Of a DNA stretch of 64,000 bases, positions 27,871 to 40,640 are shown piece by piece. Positions within the stretch are counted from its first letter, which is position 1. Every line of letters begins with the position of its first letter. A program made the position numbers and the translations under genes. Source of the DNA: Psilocybe cubensis (taxonomy: Eukaryota); assembly GCA_017499595.2 (NCBI GenBank), contig CM039002.1, positions 2,666,001 to 2,730,000 on the forward strand, in the 5' to 3' direction. The notes under the pieces were generated by a model that was given only the letters and a program-made list of their open reading frames with translations, did no database searches and was not told the origin of the DNA.

Positions 27871-29474
27871 CTAGGACGACGTGGGATTGAAATGTACAGT
27901 CGAAATTTGCGAGGGACTCGACATGATCCCAAAATCTGTCATTTTGTTTAGGTTGAGCATGAGACGCGTTATCATGACAGTAGAGATACTATGCAGTAAA
28001 TTTGTTTTAAATAAAGGAAAACTTGGAATTAAAAGGGAGCGATTCATACTTGCAAGATAGCCTAGCAAGACTTCCACGTAGTAGGGGCTGTACATAAATT
28101 TCAAGTTTTGTCCAACAATTGATCTGAGAGATACACTACCTGAGGGAACTAATTGAAGGAATGAACATCGAGAGACAAGCTTAAAAGGAGCAGCGAAGTA
28201 GACGTACAAAGTAACTGGCCATATTAGCCACATTGACAAGGACAACTGCTCTAAACATTGATTCAGCGACATACAAAATCCAAAAAAAATGCTTGGATCT
28301 GTACAGATAATACATGACGCCTGTTTTGTCACCTGAGAGGCGAGGCTTGGTTGACAAAAGGCATGAAACACGCACCATCCCTCACAAGTAGTTCCTGTAA
28401 TGAGAGCGTGTTTCCGAATGTCTGGATTGAAGGCAGAGAGTTCTGTCGTCTATACTCCACAACTTTGTTTATGATTAATCCGAAGATAATGGAATCGTTC
28501 AGAATCATGAATCCCCACAAGACAGCGGTTTCTATTTGAGTATGCAGTTTGTTAAATAACAACTTGGCCTAGTAAGTAACACTCACTCAGTGATCTATCT
28601 CGGGAAAATGGCAAACCGTTAATGATCAAATATCAGATTGGCTTGCTTTTGGTCCACCTACGTTGAAGGAGAACTACCAATATTGCATCCACCAGCAGTC
28701 ACAGCGCCTTTCTGATCCTTGCCAGCAAGAATCTATGATTTATGCAGATACGATATCAGTTTATAATATTGGAGGTATATTTAGCAACTCGTTAACGGAC
28801 CACGGCGAGAATTGCTATTGTAATTGCCATAAAAATTGCCCCCATCATCAATAAGCGACGTGATTTATCATATAAGGCGTATATTCTGAGGAAAAGATAT
28901 GCTATCAAGCAGACATTAGTTTGTGCGCGACTGATTCTTTACGACGGAACAGCTATGGCACGCACTGCTGACCAAGAACTCGCTTAAAGCCACCGTAACA
29001 TTGCCCATCATGTTGAAAGTCGGATGGTTACAACTAGAAAAGTACGCTATCAGGTCATTTTAGTATAGTAAATGGCATGCGTTCTAAACCTCTAGACGGT
29101 TCACATCGTCAGTATTTTTGAGAGAAGTACAGATTTTGCTATAAACTCACAGTATCGTAATATGAGCTCATCACAATGACACTGGCCGCCGAAGGCATAA
29201 GACCTAGTACAGCCAGTACTCTCTGTAGAAAGAACAGATAGCTGCTCAAGGTTTTTTTTCGTTTCCAGATATGTTCACTTTCGTCTTCAAAGGTGAGGAA
29301 AAAGTCATAGATCAGAACAGTCATCGCAGAATATTGAAGACAGGCTTGGATCCACTGCCTAACATCAAGCGACGCGATGAGTTGACGTTGTCCAATAATA
29401 ATCAGTTATTTAAGCGCTCACCCCGACACATAATCTACCGCGGAAATAGTGTATTGTAACCCATTGCTAGACAT
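27871..29474 (-). CDS. DUF6533-type multi-pass membrane protein, paralog 3
   Basis: MSSNGLQYTI...LIYDFFLTFEDESEHIW, LLVRDG, ITRLMLNLNK...PTSS*. Confidence 0.85.
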
Positions 29475-30012
29475 TGCTTGCACCGGAGTGTGCACACTGC
29501 GCAGGAAGAAGCGGGAATGACATGTGCTACCATTACACAGATTTAAACGAACAGTGAAGGTGAGATCAATCGAATCGTCTGATGGGTCAACGTTGAATCA
29601 TTTGCTATGGATATATCAAGATCGAAGGCTATTCTGCGCGCTCCGACTCGAAGATCATTTTGCACCAGATTACACTTCCCTTGGTCTATTTCTTGACTGT
29701 GGCTGTTTGAGGATTAAAAGCCCCGTCAAATGCATCAACAACTGTCGGAAAACATCAGATATCAGTGTCGATAATGAGAATGAGATGCAAAACCATCACC
29801 GTGTCTCTCAGATACCAGCTTGGTGTCAGTCGACCGACGGTTACGACACTCTGTTTCCGTTGGCTCAGACCCGACGCTGCAGCACCTGTAGGGACAGCTA
29901 TACCACAGAGACTACACAGTGAGCGCATGAAAAAATGCGTGTATTTTGGTAGAGCCCATGCCTATCTATCGTCCAGAGATAAAATGACCGACTTAACGGG
30001 ACGTGGGGGTTT

Positions 30013-30160
30013 TAGTCTCGGCCTCCCATCCTCTTTCGGATCGGTTACCCAATATGGGTAACCCATCGTAAGAGTCTGGGATATAACCAACGGTCGCAAC
30101 ATACCATTGCGTTCGTGGTATTGGGTAACCGATCCGAAAGAGGATGGGAGGCCGAGACTA
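30013..30160. mobile_element. 148-bp MITE-like element with perfect 42-bp TIRs and a 9-bp TSD
   Basis: TAGTCTCGGCCTCCCATCCTCTTTCGGATCGGTTACCCAATA (30013-30054) is the exact reverse complement of 30119-30160. TGGGGGTTT flanks both sides (30004-30012, 30161-30169). Confidence 0.88.
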
Positions 30161-30964
30161 TGGGGGTTTATCTTATCTGCAAGTTGCGCCAATAATGTCA
30201 AGGCATTCCGAACAGAACCATCTGTTATTAGCGTGAGTGCCTGCCATGAATAGGAGAGTCAGCCAGCCGGTAAAGACCTGGAACGGGCATGCGGGAGATG
30301 GAGACACCGCCCACTGCCTTGACATCTAGCGACGTGCAAATTTGGGAGTGCCGAACAGAGTTATATGGTGTTTTTGCCTTAAACTGAGCTCGTCAGTGAT
30401 ATCTGATCGTTATACCAGCAGGGTCCTTCATACAGGCCTTCCAAGCAATACAGGGAAAGTGGACTGTCCATTTTTCAGTGACAAGGGCTGACAGTGCTAT
30501 CGCTCAGCGTTTTGAATGTCAGTCAGGACCTCACTTAAGCAATGACAATATGCCCGGTGTGTTTTGAGACTCTGTGGTCGTTCAAGTCAGTTTTTGGGTG
30601 AGTTCCTAAAGAATACATACATCATGAATCAGGCCGCCAGTCCATCATTCCATCCACCCATTCACGCATATACCGCTTGGAGAGCAATGGAATACAATAG
30701 TAGGCTGAGAAAACAAAGAAAAGCTTAAGAGAAGTTCATTGGGCCACGGTCGAAGTTAGGGGAAACCCGCTTGCTGAGTAAACAAAGCCAAACGGGCAGT
30801 GCTGTGCCACGATGGCCCCGGCTCCCAAAGTCGTCCTTGTCCGCAACGGCGAAAACTACTTATTGTCTTCTTGGTTACTCTTTCACTTTCTTGAATACCG
30901 AATACCCCTCTTCTTGGTCTTTCAACTCACTCAGCGCCTTTGGACCCATTTTCTGGCGTAAAAC

Positions 30965-32527
30965 ATGACATCGTTCGCCTCGCTCATGGCCATCAGTGCC
31001 TCCCATACCAGGGAGAGCCAGCAGGCAGCAGAGCACGCCCTGCAGGAACGACGGCGGAAGGAGGCATTACAGAGAAAGCAGCAGGAGGAACGGGAGGCGA
31101 AAGAACGTGAGATGGAGAGGCAGCGCCGGCTCAAGATTTTCGAGGACGAGAAGCGCAAGGAGCAGCTCGCACGCAAGCAGGAGGAGGAGCGTAAGGCTCG
31201 GGAACTCGCCCGGCAGCGAAAGGAGGAAGAACAGCGAAATGCGTTGCTGTACGGTCCCAAGAAAGCGGCGAAACTTGCTGGGGCCTCAGGATCGTCGAGT
31301 GGCGCTGGGTCTTCATCGGGTTCTAAGGATGCTAGGAGGCGGAAGACTCTCGACGATGACGACGACGAGCCGCAAGGCGTAGTTCTTACTCGCGAGGAGC
31401 TCAGGGAGAGAAAGCAGCAGGCCGAGATGCGCAGGTTATTTTCGACTTCAAAGCGGACATCGACGAGTACATCGAGCTACCGCAAGGCTGGCATGCGGCT
31501 TCCAGGTGGTGCAGTCAACATCGTCAAGGACGGCAGCCAGCCTGAGCTGCCTATTACTGGTGGCTCGGTTAAAGACCGACTGGCGGCCCAACCTAACACC
31601 CTGTTGATGCTCAATCAACAGAAAAAGGACAAGCGCACATTGGATGAGATTCAGACGGAAATCAGGGCCAGACGGTCAGGCAAGACGATAGAAGGTGTGG
31701 AGGCGCTCAGCTTCGACGACTGGTTCCCGAGCAACAACAAGAAGAAGACGGCGACCACGAACAGCGCCAAGGCGTCGCCTGCGCCGCCTGCCTCGTCTTC
31801 TACACCACCAGTTGCTGCGGCAGACCCACCTCGTGCGTTGTGCATTCTGATCTATTGTTTCTCTGTTAATTTTCTCCCTAGGCCCTAGCTCAACAAAGCC
31901 CCTTCCATCAGTCGCCAGCTCGTCAACGCAAAGGAACTCCTCCAATGTGTCCAGGCCCTCGTCGACAAAGCCAATCACAGCCAGTACCGCACAGAAGCTG
32001 CGCGCAGGATCAAACTCCCGCGCCAGCTCGGCAGACATGCCATCTTCATCGCATAATCGCATTCCCAAGATCAACAAAACCTCCTCTTCCTCCGCCACTG
32101 TTGGATCTTCTCATCGCCCGACCTCCTCATACAGCTCACAGCCATCGAGTCGGGGTACAAAACGCCCACGATCGCCTAGTTACTCTCCATCGCCCCCACC
32201 TCCGTCAAAGAAGCGTGCGATAGATGAAGATCTCTCATCGACGATCTGGTCGCTGTTCGGGAAAGACCGCAGCAAGTACACCTCACGGGATGTGTTTAGT
32301 GACGATGAGGATATGGAAGCGGATGCTACAATTTTGGAAAGGGAGGAAAAGGCCAGGTCAGTAATTTTTCTGGTCGAAATATCGTTGTTTCTAAAAGTCA
32401 TTTTTATAGTGCTCGCATTGCCAGGAGGGAGGAACAAGCTGCGTTGGAAGAGGAGCGCCGTCACGAGGAAGAGAAACGTCGCCGCAGGAAAGAGCGAGAA
32501 CGAATGTTGGCCGCGAGCAAAGCCTAA
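30965..32527 (+). CDS. SPT2: SPT2-family chromatin protein
   Basis: Charged coiled-coil N-terminus and Ser-rich middle. C-terminal IWSLFGKDRSKY...SDDEDMEADATILEREEKA|SARIARREE...EE typical of the SPT2 domain. Two introns. Confidence 0.85.
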
Positions 32528-33517
32528 TGCACATGAAGGTCCCCAATCCCGTCGACTACATCATCATTGCATGGATTCCACTCATCCAATACACAGTTCT
32601 AAGCCACCCTGGATTTTTCTCTTTCTCTACGCATGACGACTTACACATACACTGTTCACCAACCCAATATACGGAATATCATTTTACTACGGCCAGTCTT
32701 TGTCCGTACACACCGCGAAATCATCGTTACGGAAACGAACATTGCTTGCTTTTTTGCCCTCCTCACTTCTCCTTTCTTTTCTTTTTCTCGCTTTTTTATC
32801 TTTATTTTCTTCACGATTCACCATGATGCATGAAGACTGATTTGACCAACATAGATGCGTAGCAAAGATTACTTCTTTTCGTCTCTTTTCGTCTGCTTCT
32901 TTCTTTCTACAGTCCTCTTTTGAATCAGTGTTTTATTTTCTTTTTCTCGGTTTCTCTTTCTCATCATATGCCCTTCTCTCTTCTCTGCCTCTCATCGTCT
33001 GTGTCTCATATGCCTGTCTTTCTGTAGCTTCGTCATTCAACCCCATTCCATCCCACAGTGTTTCTTCCTGTCTTCAACCGCAAGGCTAAATCTCATACAA
33101 TCTTCCATATACATATCATAACTATCGTACCCAACCCATCCTGTTGCTGCTATCGTGTTTCATGTTTCCGACTTGTGTTACTATCCCAATCATCTAAATA
33201 CTGTCTTACGTTTAGGGTCTTGTACGAACTGTATCATTCATTGGATTCAATCTTAATTGCTTTTGGAATTCAATAGGAGTTTGCGTATTGTGTGTGTGAT
33301 GATGACGTGTGGAAACCCAAATTTCGTGCCATTGGGTGACTTGCTTCGCCTTTGTTTTAACTTTTCACACATTACTTTGTTTTGAAAAGGTTTTAAAGTG
33401 TGTGCATGATACACTGCCGAACCAGTCGGGCAGGCTCAGCGTATGTATATACATCCCTAAAAACACTACAAATATACGTGGGTACTTAAATCACGAAGAC
33501 AAGCAACGAGAAATTCG

Positions 33518-34709
33518 TCAAATCGATTCGCGGCGGACGGCAGAGGCCCACGAAGCACCGCTCATGGCGATCGAGCGGCGGAGGATGGGGGAGGTTGATG
33601 CCTTGACCCAGCGGCGCGACTCAGTGGACGCTTTCTTGTCGTTAACGCTGGCGTCTGCGTTTGCTGATGCTCCGGTAGAATCAGCATTGGAAGTAGAGGC
33701 AGATGAAGCGGGACAGGCGCTAGCGTCGGCGGCGACGGGTGGGACACAAGCCGCTGGCGCGGTAGTGCTCTTGTCCGTCGAAGAGGCGTCATCTGAAGTC
33801 GCGGACGAGTCGTCTCCGGTTGTGCTAGTAGTCTCGGGACCAGCACCAGAGGTGGAGGAATCAGCAGAAGCGCCATCAGCAGGTGCAGTGGTGGTAGCAG
33901 CGGGGGCGTCCGTGCTGGTCGCGGTGGGCTCATGTGAGGCACCAGTGCTGGTGGCAGTGGGCTCAGCGGTAGCAGTGGCGGCATCGGATGAGGCAGCGGA
34001 CGCATCTCCAGTGGTAGTGGCAGTGGGCTCGCTGGCTGGGCTGGATACAGTTGACGACGCGGCATCACTGGACGCGAGGGAGCTCAATGCATCAGAAGCA
34101 GCAGCACTCGTCGATTCCGACGCAGGCGCTGAGGTAGTGGTAGCGCTCGCGCTGGCGTCAGCGGTAGAGGATGCATCTGGGGAGGCAATCGTGGTGGTCT
34201 GGGAAATAGACAAGACGGTGCTAGCCCCCGAGACATCAGCCGTCGGAATGCTAGGGATGGTAGCGGTGACAGCGATCACTGTGGGCGAGGCAGTCGACGA
34301 GGACGCGGACGACGCTGAGCTCGCAGCGAACGCAGCAGCATCCGCAGGGGTGTCGTGAACGGTTTCCTTCGTGAGCACGATAGTCGTTTCCTTGATCGAT
34401 GTAGCAGGTTCGCGTTTCTCGTGGCGGTTGTAGAGAGCCCGACGAGGATAGCGGCGTTGCATGGGCTCAGCGCGCGCGGTGTGATCCTCGACTTCGACGA
34501 CAACAGCCCGAGCAATGGGTTGTGCTGGAGATAAGACCTCAGCACGAGCAACTACAGAGCGAGTGTCCATTACTCTGCGAGTATAAAGTCAGTTCATGGT
34601 TAAACGTCAAAGAATCATTGTTCCAAACATACCTGATTGGGGCACCAAACACAGAGACTGCGTTGAAAACCAAGGCGGCGAGGAGAAGAGTCGAGGTTGA
34701 AGAAATCAT
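33518..34709 (-). CDS. Secreted Ser/Thr/Ala-rich (mucin-like) protein
   Basis: Exon 1 encodes a signal peptide (MISSTSTLLLAALVFNAVSVFGAP), followed by one intron. Dibasic RR/KR sites, then more than 200 aa of S/T/A-rich low complexity. Confidence 0.8.
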
Positions 34710-36856
34710 CGTGGAATTAACAACGAGATTAAGAAGAGTGTCTTTCGAAAGGTTTGTGTGGGATGTCGACCGGCGAAATAGACAGACTCTTGGGGCAACC
34801 TGGCACCTAAGAGAGTTTGAGTTGGGAGCACTGCTGGAGAATCACAATGCTCGTAGACGCCTTATATACTGTGGCTAGCGCCCTCAGTCCCCTGGGAAAC
34901 CCCTGGAACATGTCAGGGATGATTTGATTCTTGTGGATTTCAATTTTCGGTCATCATCCATCAGTTGACTCTTGCCGGACGTTGAATTCTGCAGACTTGA
35001 CTTCGCGCAGTTTTGAATACTAAGGTGGCCCACATTCCTTTTGAAATGTGTTGTGTGCTAACTGTAGATATGCAAGTTCAAAGTCAGTAAGTCGTATACA
35101 AATACATTTCAGATGCACCTCGGTACTCATACTTACCTTCCTGTTGTATCATGTAGTTATGCCGCCATCATATTTGCGCCACAGCTTACGGCGCTCAGAT
35201 CAAGTTGGGTTATGAGCCGCACTATTTTCAAGTGTTTCATTGCCTCCATCTGGCTCCATCTAGTCCTGAAGGACGAAGGTGGCATCTTGCGCGGAATTCG
35301 TGTACCCGTTGAAACCGTCAGGTTTACGCAGACTCGAAAAACCTAGGATTTATATCGACGTTGGACCATTGTGTTCCCCAACTTCACAGATGATTTGAGC
35401 ACAAAGAGAATAACAAATTGTGTAGAGGTCGGAATCTTTGGTCCTGTCCTAGGCTCTAGCCCCGAGCAGGCCGGATCTCTACAAACGTCTGGAAGGAGGA
35501 CAATGTTCAAATGACGCCGGCAAGGTCTAACGTTCGCAAGGATTCTTCTGCATAATGTGTAAGTTAATCAACCTCTGAAAAAAGATGATTTACCTCGGTG
35601 TAGTTACCTATATCTTCTTTAGGGCCATACTGAATGGTGGTTAAATACTGTTCGCCGGTGTGGTACTGTCGCGTCGAGTTGGTGTTTCCCATAAACCCCT
35701 AAAGTTGGAGATTACGTGATCGCCAATGCCTGCCCTAAGCAATCAACACAGCAAACGCCCCTCGGAACGACTGTGCACAAAGTTTCGTCTGAGACTATGT
35801 AAACTGACCCAGAAAAAGAGCGCTGCAGTTCTTGGAGGGACCTTCAACGGGATAGAATTCTCTTTTGGTCGCAAGTGCAACAAGTAAGTTTTCCTTTCCA
35901 TCTTTGCAGCTAGCGTAGCGTCATTCATGAAGTATTGAAACACGACATAAACCATATGAGCTGTGGGAGACTACGCACTTCAAATTTCTTGTTGTTTTTA
36001 AGCTTGAACCTCGGGCATTCAGGAGTACCCTGGGATAGCCCATCTTACGGACCTTGACGTGCTTTTTTTCTGTGCTGTTGATTGCAATCAAGTATTTATC
36101 AAATTCGATCATCATCTTTTACCCGCTTGGACCTCGAACCATGCATAGCGGCGGCGGCTGCATTGTCCGTCGATATGTGATGTGCTCCAATGACTGAGGT
36201 GAGTTGCGTACCGTTGTGTTTGGCGTTTTCCGTCTCGGTTGACATCTAGGATCGCTCAATCTACTGTCGAAAGCTGAGTGAGGATATATTCTTACTCCAT
36301 CGACTATGTGCATGAGAAACTATGTGCATGAGAAGTACGTCTTTTCCTGCTCGAAATTGAACCTGGTTTGTTTGAGAGCGGCTCCTCTTAAACCCAACGG
36401 CCAGCTACTGTTAGTTCTTCTGCCTAAGGATGCAAGACGTGGTTATCAGCTGGTGCCACACTCTGCTTCGTGTGGCGGTGAAGATTATGACCACCTCACA
36501 CTGAAACATCGCATTTGATGAGTGATATCCTTTCAAGTCGCAACGAACTGATCCTCCTATATCTCTACTGATAGTTCCACTCTTCACAGTCAAGCCGGTG
36601 GAAAATTGGGGAACTTCGTTGGACCAAATACTTGCCCATCTGCGAAATCAGGTTTTTCCCAATTAAACTTCCAACCCACTCTCCTGAGAAACTTTGATCT
36701 TGATATATCCATAGCAATTTGACATGGAGATATCAGTCGAGGTTAACTATGTGCTCAAACCATCGTTTATAATTCCCTTCAACTGACAGTAACAGTCGTT
36801 CGTACTCACTTTGTGCACTTTGCCTATCTTGTTTCTATATTAACCACTTTGGGTCT

Positions 36857-38487
36857 ATGGCGAGCTCAGGTTTGACGTATTCCGTCTCGCTGCTGGATTA
36901 TGTTTCCGCGTCAGTACTTGTTTCTGTTTTATTTCGCTTTCAATAACGTCAATTATTCTCTTTGGTGTATAAACACTAGGCAAAGAATTCAGGCATATCT
37001 TGAGATACCTGCTATTGCGGTTCTGATCTACGATTTTTTTCTCACTTTTGACACCGAAGTCGAATTTATTTGGAGACGGCCCAAAACCTTCAGCAGTTAT
37101 CTCTTCTTTCTGCAGAGATTCTTGTCCATCATGAGCCTTGTTTCATCGATAACTAGTATCACATCGATGGTCCCCTATTATTCTACTGTGAGTAATTCAA
37201 GAAAAGTCCCGTGCACCTAGCTGATGGCTTATATTCCCCAGAAGTAGATAACGCCGATCTTTCGTCTTTTAATCGACTTACAACGTGTTATTAGCTGCGA
37301 TTCTTTCGACATGTTAGGTAACTCTGTACTAGTAATGAGCGAGTTTCTTGTCGGAAGTGCGTACCATGATCACCAGTGACAACAATGCACTAATTTTCAC
37401 ACCATTATTTACATGGTAGTATATCTTTTCCTCAGGATTTACGCCCTGTACGAGAGGTCGCGTCGCATACTGATATCAGGGGTCATTGGATTCATAATTT
37501 CATTGACAATTCTTGCATTGGTCGGTCATAACTTGTACATGTCTCTATCGGAGGCTAATATATTTTAATCACAGATAGTTGCGGGTAAACATCAAAGGGG
37601 CGCTATAACAGGTGGTGGATGTGATATTGGGAGTGCTCCTGCAACGTAAGTTGACGAAAACGCAATCAAGCATCATATCTAATCGTCATTGGCACCAAAA
37701 CTATCACTACATAGATCATATAGTGAGCGATCTTTTTAATATTAATGTGCTGTTACGAACCTTTGTACGTTTCAATAGGAACCGCCGGCGCATGGGCATT
37801 CATGATTTTGAACGAATCCATTATTTTTGGATTAATCATGTACAAATTTGTGAAGGAGAAACGTCTGGATTCTTTGGCTACTGTAACAATGGGAACGTTT
37901 AAATCCCAATCCTCTCTAAAGGCAATAGTTATGAGAGATGGTACGTGATTCCTGATCCTATTGAGCAACTCTTGTCACTGAAACCATAGGATAGGCATGG
38001 TGTATTACTTGTAATAATTCGTGTTTAACTTCTGTGATTATTATATCACTCAATCCGAGATGTAGGGTGGTTATTCTTGTTAACTTAGCCAATCTGGCCA
38101 GCTACTTCGTACGTTTTTTGACTTTCAAGTCACCTAATAGCGCGCTGATCTTTCTGTCTAGTTCCCTCAGGTGAATATATCGTTTGTTTAAACCTTGGAG
38201 TATACGTGGTAAACCTCATCTATGCAGCCCCTACTACGTGGCAGTGTAGCCAGGCTATCTTGCAAGTACGAATTAATTTTGATCAATTTCGATGCCGCTT
38301 TGTGCTGAAAGTTGCATGCCCACATAGTATTTCCACAGTGATGATAACACGTCTCATGCTCAACCTACACAAAATGGCAGAGAGTGGAATCATGTCATCT
38401 TTAACTCATTTTTCTACATTAGAATTTGAAAGGCCAGCTGAAAGGTCATCTAATCAATCAAACTCACATTCCTCGGACCATGATTAA
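36857..38487 (+). CDS. DUF6533-type multi-pass membrane protein, paralog 4
   Basis: MASSGLTYSV...LIYDFFLTFDTEVEFIW, LRIYALY, IVMRDG, ITRLMLNLHKMAESGIMSS...DHD*. Confidence 0.85.
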
Positions 38488-39027
38488 ATACTAGTGCGCG
38501 TTGGCTCCTTTATTTATAGGATCAATTATTATTTACACGTCGGTAGTATGTACTTCACCCAGGGCGGGGGTATGCTGCTCTCAATAAATAGTGGATTGAC
38601 TATTGACCCTACCCGATCACTTTTAATCGTGATGAATGTCGGGGCTGACGGAGGTTGGACTCTCATACAGGAGCATCTTTTCTTATTTGTGAAGATCGAT
38701 GTCTGTTTCGCGACCCAGGTGACTGATGATTTCGACTCATTCTATTTCTAATAATAGCTTCAATGGTCAGGCCGGTCAGGGGCAAGCGTTGGAACTATAT
38801 ACACAATCTTACATACTTATCACATTTATAACTTCAGGCTATTGCAATTTGATTGTTAATCTTGATGTATCCATAACAATTTAAATTTGGGAAGCATAGA
38901 ACCATCAGACGATTTGATTGAGTTTACAACCAGACCTTGTATATAATTCCCAACGACTGGCTGCAAGACTTGGTTCTTCTTTCTGTGCACCCTTCACTTT
39001 CACTTGCAGGTCAAGTCTTGGAGTTCA

Positions 39028-40640
39028 ATGGCCAGTTCAGAATTATCGTACTCAATCTCCCTCCTGGATTATGTGTCAGCGTGAGTGCCATGCTGTTGTT
39101 ATTACATTTGATAGTGCAAACTTGCCCATACTGGTACACGCTAGGCAACGAATCCAAGCCTATCTTCAGATTCCTGCGATAACGCTTTTAATATATGACT
39201 TTTGCCTCACCATTGATGATGAGATTCAATTTATCTGGAAACGAGCCAAGACAACGAGCAGCTATCTCTTCTTTCTACAGAGAGCGTTGGCTGCACTCAG
39301 CCTTGTCCCATCTTCAGTAAGTATAATATCGATGACCACGTACTACTCTACTGTGAGTCGCATTTATTTAAAGTAATTCATAAATAGATTAAAGAGCTAA
39401 CCATTTACATGGATTAGAGGTAGACTTGAATGGTATCGTTTCTGTTTTCAACACTAAAATGTATTTTACAGTTGTAGCAATCCCATGTTCAACATGTTAG
39501 GCAATATTCTACTTTTTGTAAGCGAGTTTCTGGTTGGAAGTATGTAAAAATTCTGCTCAGTCATTACAAATAACTAATAAACTCATTTCTGATACTCACT
39601 TGATAGTATATCTTTTTCTCAGGGTTTACGTCCTGTACGAAAAATCACGACGTATAGTGATATTGGGTGTCACTGGATCGGCATTGTACATAATAACTCT
39701 CGCAGTGGTTTGTTCTGACTTGTACATGTTTTCACCCAAATTGAAAGACTAATATGCCTTACTACTCATAGGTACTCGCTGGTAAACATCGGAATGGAGC
39801 TATAACGGCTGGCGGATGCAAAATTGGTAGTGCACCAGCGACGTAAGTGGTTCAAGATCAGTGGATTACCTTGTTTTATCTTTGGTGAACTCTGGTGATA
39901 TTCGAACACAGATCGTTTGGTGAGTATCCTTGCTAGATTTGATCATTTCTTACTAACAATCATGGCTTTTATTAGAAACAGCTATCGCATGGGCGTTCAT
40001 TATTCTGAACGAATCCATTATTTTTGGACTAATTGTGTACAAATCTATGGAGAATATGTATCAGAGCCCATGTTTGCCTACAATTAGGCCTTTCGGAATG
40101 AATATTTCTTTACGAGAACTGATCGTGAGAGATGGTGAGTATTGGATACAATTCCTGGCACGCGGTTGATGCTGAGAACGTCCAACAGGCATCATGTATT
40201 ATTTGTAATAATCTATCTTAAATTTTTGATTTCCCTATCATTCACTTTGAGATACAGGGTGGTCATTGTTGTTAGTGTGGCCAATATGTCTAGTTACTTT
40301 GTGCGTTTTCCTCCTTTAACTTGGGTTAGTCACATACTGAACTTTGTACCCAGTTCCCCGAGGTAAACTATCGTTCAGATTACCCTTACTAGAGTCAATG
40401 TCTCAACAACTGTTATCCCTACAGCCTCTCCTACGTGGTAGTATTGCCAGGCTATCGTGCAAGTACGGATTTCAATTGTTCAGTCTTAATTATTCTTCGT
40501 ACTAAAACTTACATGAATGGCGCAGCATCTCTATCGTGATGATGACGCGTCTAATGCTCAACCTGCACAAAGTTGCAGCTACTGTATGGAAAGCGAGACT
40601 GTCAAGCCTCAAAAGCCGTTGCCAAACATTGACCGGGTGA
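39028..40640 (+). CDS. DUF6533-type multi-pass membrane protein, paralog 5; last exon interrupted by the transposon
   Basis: MASSELSYSI...LIYDFCLTIDDEIQFIW, LRVYVLY, LIVRDG, MTRLMLNLHKVAAT. It then reads into the TIR (VWKARLSSLKSRCQTLTG*, stop 40638-40640). Confidence 0.82.
40585..40630 (+). repeat. Left TIR of the transposon
   Basis: TATGGAAAGCGAGACTGTCAAGCCTCAAAAGCCGTTGCCAAACATT. Confidence 0.93.

Noticed and set aside
33309-34358. 349-aa plus-strand ORF
   Set aside because: Antisense shadow of the low-complexity secreted protein, which has the signal peptide and intron.
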